Positions 56,461 to 64,000 of a DNA stretch of 64,000 nt are shown piece by piece. The position numbers were made by a program, and so were the translations under genes. Below the pieces are notes generated by a model. It did no database searches. It worked only from the letters and a program-made list of their open reading frames with translations, and was not told the DNA's origin. Position 1 is the first letter of the stretch, and every line of letters begins with the position of its first letter. The stretch is taken from contig OZ361257.1 of the NCBI GenBank assembly GCA_977018835.1, positions 2,232,001 through 2,296,000 on the forward strand, read 5' to 3'. This DNA is from Minutocellus sp. GHC0000111 (Eukaryota).

Positions 56461-57993
56461 ATGATCCAGCCTAACTACACCTGGCGGGAAAGTAGCTCGA
56501 AGGTCGAGCTGACAGTACCCCTCAAGGGTGCCTCGCCCAAGATCGTCGACATTGTTCTTTCCTCCAACCACCTCAAGGTCTCGTTTCCGCCATATCTTCT
56601 TGACCTGCCTCTATTGCACGATATCAACGTCGACTCAGCCGAGTCCAAGGCCCTCGCCAACGATGGTACCCTTCACATCACCCTCGTCAAGCTCGACGGA
56701 GGCAAGACCTGGGACAACCTACTCTTTGAAGGTACCAAGGAGGAGATCAACCAGCGCCGAGAGGCAGCCTTTGCCGAACGAGAGGCTCGTATCCAACGGC
56801 AGCACGAGCAGGCTGTTTCGAAGCGCATTGAAAACGAAAGAATGACGCTCAAGATGCAAATGGCTCTGGAGGAGGACGAACGGCAACTCATTGACGACAA
56901 GAAGGCCGCGGAGAAGAAGGCGGCGGAGGAGGCATTGTACAAGACCCTCGCTGACCTTCCAGCTGCTGCCATCCCTGCTGCTGACAACCGCACCGAGCAG
57001 CAGCTCACCCCCGACGACGACGACGACGACGACGACGATATCAGCGGAGGCAACGAAGCCCCCACCACCACTATTACTACCATTTCTCGCCCCCCACCTT
57101 TAAAAAATCGCCAAGTCTCTTCCATCCCGCCACCGTGAGCCACCATTCGAGCAACCTTCAAGCACACCCCACGTCCTTTCCAGACCCCGGCACGAGAGTC
57201 CACCGTCACAACGGAGAGAGAATTCCTTCTCAAGAACAAGCCGTCTCTGCTGAACGGATGTGGTGACACCAAAAGCAGCGATGTCGGCGACGTCGATGCC
57301 AGTTGGATCGCCAAGAAGGGAGAAAAATTCTTTGCCAAGGGTGACTATCGCTCGGCGGCATCGGCCTTTTCTACCTCGCTGAAGAGGGATTCGACCGTGA
57401 TCGAGGCAATGGTCCACCGAGCAGCTTCTCGCCTTCAGCTTGGTGATATCGAGAATTGCCTCACTGATCTTGCTAGCGCCAAGGCAGGTATGGAGGCATC
57501 GTTAGGTGGCATAGACGATTCTTCTCTTTGCACCAAAATTGAGCATCTGCAGGCCATTGTGCAAGCTCAGCAGCAAAAGGAGAAGGCTGATGAGCTCTTG
57601 AGAAAGAATGAATTGAGCGGGGCTCTGCTGCTGTATGACAAGGCCATTGCAATGGCCCCGGCATGCATCCCCGCTTTGGCAAATCGTTCGGCTTGCCACC
57701 TGGCTATGAAGAAGTATCAAGCCGCAGCATCAGATTGCACATCGGCCCTTGATATGCTCGACAGTAGCGACCTCGATGGACCATCACTCGAGAAACCATC
57801 ATCGCTCACGCCTCGATTGACATGCGAGGTTCATAAAAAGCTCAAGGATGCCGTGTTGCGGCGAAGGGTCCTGGCATTGGAGCAGCTTGGCCAGAGTGAC
57901 GATTCTAAAGGCGACGGCGCAATGGAAATGACTGGTGCAGAAGCAGATGCCGGTGTTGAGAAGGCTGTCGCCGAGTTGGATAGCGTCGATTAG
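56461..57993 (+). pseudogene. DNAAF4: Dynein axonemal assembly factor 4 (DYX1C1) with in-frame TGA at 57136-57138
   Basis: N-terminal CS domain (YTWRES...VPLKG...LKVSFPPYLL), coiled coil, IPPP*ATIRATFKHTPRPFQTPARES, TPR repeats; both ORF halves are in the same frame. Confidence 0.85.
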
Positions 57994-58085
57994 AGTATGG
58001 TAGTGCTGTGCCAGCTTACGTTGTATTCTTATAAGGTAGATCGATTCGCATCACAAACAATTCATAGAGAAGAAACTATACACTC

Positions 58086-59930
58086 TCAACGACTTCGACT
58101 TCTACTACGATGCTTCCTCGAGGACTTCTTCTTGCGATCTCGGGATCTGGACCTGCTTCGACTGCGATGACGTCGCTTCTTCTCCTTTCGTTCATGCCGA
58201 CGGCGACCATCGTCGTCGTCATCCCGCCTACTAGAAGAATGCCCATCCTTCTTCTTCTTGTGGTCCTTATGGTGGTGCTTCCGATGATTCCTATCTCTGC
58301 TGCGGCTTCTACTACGACTTCTCCCGCGTCTCCGCTCATCATCATATGGACTCCGGCTTCTCTTACGTCTTCTGTCTCGCTCATCGCGCTCAAAGGATCT
58401 GCTTCGACTCCGTCGCCCTCGACGCTCTTCAGGTGAATGTCGGTGGTGTCGACCTTCGTCACGATGGTGCCTCGAATCTCCACTGTTATGCCTCGGAGAG
58501 CCCTCATCGCGCCTTGATTGCCCCATTTCACGACCTTGATGATAATGGTGATTTCCATTGCTGTGATTGGGCGGGGGAGAAGGAGGTCGTTGTCCCCATC
58601 GATTCTGCCGCGCACCAGGAGGAGGACCACCTCGGCCTCTTCCTCCAGCACCTCTTCCTCCAGATTCCCTCCCTCCGGCACCACGCCCCTGCTCATACTG
58701 ATACCCACCGCCCCTTCCACCATGATGAAAACCGCCTCCACCTCCGCCTCTGCCACCACCTCCACCTCCACGCTTTCGCTGCGTGTACTTGTTCCATACC
58801 TTGGCCACACTCTGACTAAAGTCTACCTTGATCCGTCGGTCATCCACGAGGGCATTGTTCATCTTGAAATACGCCTCATTGCACTGCTCCTTTGTTGTAA
58901 ACTCGACAAAGGCATAGCACAGCGAATCGCCCGTTTCGGGATCACGGATAATCTCCGCCCGGGCATTGGGATCGAACCTCGCAAATATCAGCTCCAAATC
59001 CTCATCGTCCGTGACGGGATTAAGCTTACAGACAAACAGTACGTTGTCTGGAGCGGCAATGTCGGCGGAGGGCAAATCTCCAAGCATTTCCAATACAACG
59101 GCACGGCTCTTGTCCTCTTTTTTGCGGAGGGATTCCTCCCGTTCCTCGGCCGTTATCCCATCGTCCTCCTCGGCCAGGGCGACATCGGCACCAATTCGTC
59201 GTTCGACCCGTTCTTCCGGTGGCCGTTCCCACGTTGGCGAGACAGTTGCCAATCTGGGTGCCGACGACGACGAGGGGTCGGTATTATCCACTGCATTGGA
59301 TTCCAGCACCACACCTCGTGCCGCCAGAACATCGTCCAACCCATCGGGATCGTCAAAGGGATTGTCCAACACATGACAGCGTTTGATCCGCACATCGGCA
59401 TAGGGCCGGCCATTGGCATCGCAATACAGCCCATTGATCTTGTCCAGCACCCCGTTCTCGTCTTCCACCACCATACCAACACTAAAGTACCGTCCCCTCT
59501 CCCCATCCAACGCCCGTCCATCGCCTGGATTGCCACCCCCCTCCACCGTCAGCAGGAGCTGCGATCCCAGCGTATCTTTTACACCATTCATCTCCGTCAT
59601 GACGAGCCGTCCCTTGTCCAGTAGTTCCGACGACGTCAATTCGCGTCGACCCTGGCCATCGGATTTGAGGAATCGCCTTTGGGATGCCGACACGTCCTTC
59701 AGACTGGATTGCACCGCGTCGATGAGGCCGTAGATGGATGCACCGCCGGTACCGTCGCCGTTGGGGTCGCCGAACTGACAGAGACGGTTGGGCCTCACGT
59801 TGTAAATGAGGGATTGGGTGTAGTACCGACATTTGGCCAGTTTGAGAACATTCCGGACCAGGTGGGGCGAACCGTCGACGTCGAGATCGATGGTGACGTC
59901 GCCCAGCGTGGTTTCGAGGAGGAGGGACAT
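58086..59930 (-). CDS. PPIL4: Cyclophilin-RRM protein with RS-rich tail (PPIL4/CYP59)
   Basis: MSLLLETTLGDVTIDL, QFGDPNGDGTGG, NVLFVCKLNPVT.DEDLELIF.RF, AYFKMNNALVDDRRIKVDFSQSV. Confidence 0.95.
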   Translation of the reverse strand: MSLLLETTLGDVTIDLDVDGSPHLVRNVLKLAKCRYYTQSLIYNVRPNRLCQFGDPNGDGTGGASIYGLIDAVQSSLKDVSASQRRFLKSDGQGRRELTSSELLDKGRLVMTEMNGVKDTLGSQLLLTVEGGGNPGDGRALDGERGRYFSVGMVVEDENGVLDKINGLYCDANGRPYADVRIKRCHVLDNPFDDPDGLDDVLAARGVVLESNAVDNTDPSSSSAPRLATVSPTWERPPEERVERRIGADVALAEEDDGITAEEREESLRKKEDKSRAVVLEMLGDLPSADIAAPDNVLFVCKLNPVTDDEDLELIFARFDPNARAEIIRDPETGDSLCYAFVEFTTKEQCNEAYFKMNNALVDDRRIKVDFSQSVAKVWNKYTQRKRGGGGGGRGGGGGGFHHGGRGGGYQYEQGRGAGGRESGGRGAGGRGRGGPPPGARQNRWGQRPPSPPPNHSNGNHHYHQGREMGQSRRDEGSPRHNSGDSRHHRDEGRHHRHSPEERRGRRSRSRSFERDERDRRRKRSRSPYDDERRRGRSRSRSRSRDRNHRKHHHKDHKKKKDGHSSSRRDDDDDGRRRHERKEKKRRHRSRSRSRSRDRKKKSSRKHRSRSRSR

Positions 59931-60327
59931 GTGTTGGTTTTTGACCAGCGCAGCCTCACGCACAGCAGAAAAGATACCGGTACGAATGCGAATGGCCGGC
60001 CCAAGCCACGCACAAAGGGCAAACACAATCAAACTCGCGTCGCGCGGATAGCAGATGCACAGCGGCGGCGGTACCCCAGCACCCCCGCCAGCTTCGTCGT
60101 TCGGTCCGGAAATGAGCGGCGGGCAGCCGGCAGGGAGATTGGTATTTTCGTTATGAGCTGAAATGACGGTTGGTCATAGTTGGTCACATCATCGAAAGAC
60201 TTGACTTGGAGCAGATACTGGGATAGATAGATGCACGGGGGGTATTGTTCGAGTATTATCAGGGGTCGGGCGTGCTCATTTCTCAAAAGTAAGAAAAGCA
60301 GAGCGCTGATCGAAAGAGTATCAGAGT

Positions 60328-61446
60328 ATGGCGACCACAAATTCCGACCACCCTCGCCTCACAGGCATCGTTAACACCAATGACGACCCGAACGCTTGCG
60401 CCGTGTGCGCCTTGCCGCTGCTTCACAGAACGACGCATGCACTTTGCTGCGGCAAGGAGATATGCGATTCCTGCAGCGAGGGGTTGAAAGGCAATCGATG
60501 CGACCTGTGCGATTCCATTTTTTCCAAGGAGAAGAAGCTCATGGTCCAGCTCAAGAAAAAGGCCAGGAAAGGTCACGCCTGGGCACAGATGCAGCTGGGA
60601 TTGTCTCATCATAACGGCATTGGGGTTCCCAAATCGACGGAGGAGGCACTGCACTGGTTCAAACTAGCGAGCGATCAAGACCACCCGCACGCGCTTTATC
60701 ACCTCGCAGCAAAAGCCGTTGCCAGCACCAAAGGGGGTGTGGTCGGCCTTTCTACAGCGCATCGGCTCCTTGAACGGGCCATGACTTCCTCCCTGACGAT
60801 CGTTGGAAGCGATTTGCATGAGAGGTGCCAATATGGCCTCATAGACCTCGCGAGGAAATACATGGCCCTCGAGACTGAGGAGGCAAACCGCAAGGCAAAG
60901 TCTCTCCTCCTACCCCTAGTGGAAGAGTGCAGTAAGGGAAGCGCGCAGGGCCTACTCGGGCAAGCATTCTACAGGGAGGGGGACGTGCCCGCTGCCTTGA
61001 AGTGGTTTTCACTGGCGGCGGCAACTGACTCAGATATGGATTCGCAGCTCATTTGCCCAGAATTCGGCGCACTGCGTTGCTGCGTCGAGCTTGGGAAAAT
61101 TGCACAGGGCAAGTTTTGGGGACGCTTCTCGAAAAAGATCCTTAGTGTCCCTGATTTGGATGGCGAAATACGTCTCATTCGCGTACAAATGCTGGTACAG
61201 CTCCAACGCCGGCTACGGTCTTTGAGAGACACTTGTGGTGGGTGTGGTGTCGAGTTTGAGGGCAAGGAGCGCAAGTTCTGCCGTGGCTGCCGCGCCTACT
61301 GCTACTGCAGCCGCGAGTGCCAGAAGATGCATTGGGACCGCGAGGAGGATGGCCATAGGGAGGATTGCAAGGGTGCGATGGAATTGAAGCAGAAGATGAA
61401 AGAAAAGAAAATGAAGGAGGCCCGCGAAATAAAGAGCATATTGTAA
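60328..61446 (+). CDS. RING-like/Sel1-repeat/MYND-finger protein (intronless paralog)
   Basis: CAVC...CCGKEICDSC...CDLC, Sel1 repeats, MYND YCSRECQKMHW. Confidence 0.9.
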   Translation: MATTNSDHPRLTGIVNTNDDPNACAVCALPLLHRTTHALCCGKEICDSCSEGLKGNRCDLCDSIFSKEKKLMVQLKKKARKGHAWAQMQLGLSHHNGIGVPKSTEEALHWFKLASDQDHPHALYHLAAKAVASTKGGVVGLSTAHRLLERAMTSSLTIVGSDLHERCQYGLIDLARKYMALETEEANRKAKSLLLPLVEECSKGSAQGLLGQAFYREGDVPAALKWFSLAAATDSDMDSQLICPEFGALRCCVELGKIAQGKFWGRFSKKILSVPDLDGEIRLIRVQMLVQLQRRLRSLRDTCGGCGVEFEGKERKFCRGCRAYCYCSRECQKMHWDREEDGHREDCKGAMELKQKMKEKKMKEAREIKSIL

Positions 61447-61584
61447 TGGACTTGCCGGAAGTGTCACAGCTTTCATTTGGAAGAGTCACAATTGCTTACG
61501 CAGTTCGAAGCATCGTATCTATTTACCGTGCTTGGGTCATTATTAGCTACAAAATAAATTGGGATTGGGCGAAGCAAATTTCTA

Positions 61585-62904
61585 CTACAATAATATTTGC
61601 TTCTCAGGCTGTCTCCTAAGCTTGATGGGTCCCAAGAATCCTCTCATTCGTCGGAATTCCAAGTAGTCTTCATTCATTCCATACCTCCGTAGCTCTTGTG
61701 CTGATAGCGTATCCGTTGCCGACTTCAAAACGGACGCGATGAAGACGAATCCAATGGTACTTATCACATATTGATAAGAAGCCGTATAGCAACCAATTCC
61801 TCCCAGATACACGCCGAGCCAGAATATTGTCTCTCCAAGATAATTGGGGTGCGAGAAATGTTTCCATAGGCCAATATTACACCAATTATTTCGATTGCCT
61901 TCGGCCTTGAACGTGGCTTTTTGTGCGTCAGCGATACTTTCAAATAAAAGACCAACAAATTGAGCAAAGATGCCGAATTTACCCACCAATCCCCAGTTGC
62001 TCTTGACTCCATCGACAGCAGCTTGGAGTCGATAGCAGAAAGGAGAGCTTTGGGCAGCGTAAAATGCACCGCAAGTCAACCAAACGCCAAGTTTGGTTTC
62101 TTCATGTGATTCTTCATCTACTCGCTTCGTCTTTGCATGTAAACTGGGCCATGCAACATATTCCCGATAAAGCAGAAATGCCGTAAGTCGAATCGACCAA
62201 ATCAACACCATGAAGGCCTGAAGATTGCTGAGCTTTGGTATTTGAGTGCTGGATGGCAGAGCATTGTAGCAAATCAATGCCGCCAAAGATATTAAACCCA
62301 GCGATACTGTATATCCCACGGTTGCAAACCACAAGTAGCTATGAAATCCGAGCGATGATCCCAACAAACTCAGCGTTATCACCGAAAGGGGAGTTAGAGG
62401 TCGACTTGGGCTGCCAAATAAGAGAATGGTATTCAGCACAAGTGCCTTGGCTGTTATTGCCGATGTCTTTGCTTTGAGTGCATCTATCGAGACCGTATCC
62501 TTGATCTGCTTAAGTTTTTCAATCGGCGCACTCTTCATGAAAGTCATGGCATCCTTCACCTTGGAATGGACGCCAGTGGTAGCTTCACCGGCAGGGGCTT
62601 GTGTTGACTCTCCACTGGCACCACCGGAAGAAGTGTCAACGGCATCATTAGCCACAATATCCTTCGCCTGATCCACTGATATGTTTACAAACGCTATCGA
62701 TTCTTCTATGCTGTCCGCTACCTCAGCCAAATCGTCACCACCAGCACCAGCACCACCCCGACCAATCCGGCGGATCGATATTGGCAGTTGCGGTGTTATT
62801 GACCGCTGATCAGCATGTTGCGACGGTCGCAGCTTCAGCGCCTCGCAGCCACAACACGCCCAAAGAGCAACGAGAAGCGGCGATGCGTGATGATATCGTG
62901 GCAT
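61585..62904 (-). CDS. DUF1295 / steroid 5-alpha-reductase-like membrane protein
   Basis: WSIRLTAFLLYR, ESIADAQK..FK, GLWKHFSHPNYLGETIFW; signal peptide. Confidence 0.85.
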   Translation of the reverse strand: MPRYHHASPLLVALWACCGCEALKLRPSQHADQRSITPQLPISIRRIGRGGAGAGGDDLAEVADSIEESIAFVNISVDQAKDIVANDAVDTSSGGASGESTQAPAGEATTGVHSKVKDAMTFMKSAPIEKLKQIKDTVSIDALKAKTSAITAKALVLNTILLFGSPSRPLTPLSVITLSLLGSSLGFHSYLWFATVGYTVSLGLISLAALICYNALPSSTQIPKLSNLQAFMVLIWSIRLTAFLLYREYVAWPSLHAKTKRVDEESHEETKLGVWLTCGAFYAAQSSPFCYRLQAAVDGVKSNWGLVGKFGIFAQFVGLLFESIADAQKATFKAEGNRNNWCNIGLWKHFSHPNYLGETIFWLGVYLGGIGCYTASYQYVISTIGFVFIASVLKSATDTLSAQELRRYGMNEDYLEFRRMRGFLGPIKLRRQPEKQILL

Positions 62905-63100
62905 CGTGGTCGTTTAATCCAGCCACGCACTTGCCAACTGGAGCAACGGCTCCTTCAATACCAAAACTGACAACAGCAAACCTGACATGCCGTTAGCATT
63001 TTCTACGACGTCGTATGGTACGTACGGCTAGGAAGACCAGCACGCACGATGACGTGTTCCCCTCCGCCGTCTCATTTTTTCTGAAGTCTGCAAGTCCACC

Positions 63101-63583
63101 ATGGTGACCCCAACGAAAACCATTCTGCTCTCCATTTTCGCCGCTCTGTCGGCATCATGCGTCGTTGAGGGTTTCTCTCCCTTTCAGCAAAATGCAAGGC
63201 CAGCAGTCTCATCCACCACTCAACTCGGCATGGGTCTGTTCGATGGTATCGCCAAGGCATTTGCCAATGAGGAATATTCGGCTCCGCCGGAGGGAATCAA
63301 GGCCACGGCCCGGCACATCTTGGTGAAGGAAAAGGATCAGGTGGACGTTGTCATGGAGAGGCTTCGGGATGGTGCACCATTTGCCGAGGTTGCTCGCGAA
63401 TTCTCTACCTGTCCCTCTGGATCGTCGGGCGGAAGTCTCGGAAGCTTCTCTCCTGGCACAATGGTCAAGGAATTTGATGCAGTCATATTTGACAAGGAGA
63501 CCAATATTGGCGAATTAATGGGCCCCGTTCAAACTCAATTCGGATACCATTTGATTGTTGTTGATAAGCGAACTGGGGTCTAA
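63101..63583 (+). CDS. Plastid-targeted parvulin-type peptidyl-prolyl isomerase (PpiC-like)
   Basis: Presequence VEG|FSP; ARHILVK, S.CPSG..GG.LG.F..G.MVKEFD, VQTQFGYHLI. Confidence 0.92.
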   Translation: MVTPTKTILLSIFAALSASCVVEGFSPFQQNARPAVSSTTQLGMGLFDGIAKAFANEEYSAPPEGIKATARHILVKEKDQVDVVMERLRDGAPFAEVAREFSTCPSGSSGGSLGSFSPGTMVKEFDAVIFDKETNIGELMGPVQTQFGYHLIVVDKRTGV

Positions 63584-63663
63584 ATGCTGTGTACCGGTCT
63601 TGCATAAAAATGTTTAAAAAATTTTTACATACATCTTCAATAAATATTTTGCATGGATCAAAA

Positions 63664-64000
63664 TCAAAACTTGGATCGCTTTCCCTTTTTGATGGCTCCT
63701 TTCGATCGCTGATTCTTCTTTCCAGCAAGGCCGCCCTTATTGGGAGCAGATGATGGTGACTTTTTGCTCGATATCTTTGCCAATCTCGATATTCTCTTGG
63801 ATGCAGACGAGGATGCTCCTCCTCGTTTGCTTGCGACAGCATCCGCTAGCTTGCTCGATTTTGCCGCGGTTCCTGCTGATCGCACGACAGAAGCAGACGA
63901 CTTGGCATTCACGCTGCTACTTCCCTCCCTCTTGGCACCATGATCATCATTGCCATGCATATGAACCAACGTGGAGAACATGCCTTGACCTAAAAATTCC
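63664..64000 (-). CDS. 3' end of a gene entering from the right edge; basic Lys/Ser-rich C-terminus
   Basis: Open frame to the stop at 63664 ending KKGKRSKF, convergent with the parvulin gene. Confidence 0.5.
   Translation of the reverse strand, partial: EFLGQGMFSTLVHMHGNDDHGAKREGSSSVNAKSSASVVRSAGTAAKSSKLADAVASKRGGASSSASKRISRLAKISSKKSPSSAPNKGGLAGKKNQRSKGAIKKGKRSKF

Noticed and set aside
21090..57138. Alternative genetic code to explain the in-frame TAG and TGA
   Set aside because: Only one case of each; TAG and TGA end many genes here at the expected C-termini (e.g. SKL-TGA in DECR2) and are absent from the other long ORFs
1..64000. Transposable element or viral insert
   Set aside because: No transposase, RT, integrase or capsid ORF, and no terminal repeats with target-site duplication seen

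Overview
Gene-dense eukaryotic nuclear DNA, most likely a diatom or related ochrophyte. Evidence: short GT-AG introns, signal peptides followed by Phe (bipartite plastid-targeting type), diatom-style ankyrin and RING-Sel1-MYND families, and a flagellar dynein-assembly gene suggesting a lineage with (or descended from) flagellated cells. About 40 protein-coding loci are present: housekeeping genes (alpha-tubulin, IVD, ALG12, NMD3, Derlin, PPIL4, cis-prenyltransferase), likely plastid proteins and secreted proteins. I found no rRNA, tRNA, CRISPR array or recognisable transposase. Most unusual signals: (1) at least seven otherwise recognisable genes carry disabling lesions (in-frame stops, frameshifts, an ATA in place of a start codon), including DNAAF4 and a probable cilium-type coiled-coil gene close together; (2) a rearranged 49.7-61.5 kb zone holds an in-frame chimera of a glycosyltransferase-like N-terminus with the C-terminal half of MOT1/BTAF1, an 81-bp MOT1 fragment just upstream of DNAAF4, and two inverted MYND paralogs with near-identical 3' ends; (3) a small unrecognised membrane protein is built from three KCPVxEWxxHxxYxG repeats. 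Assembly error cannot be excluded for several lesions. All assignments are by eye; no database searches were run.
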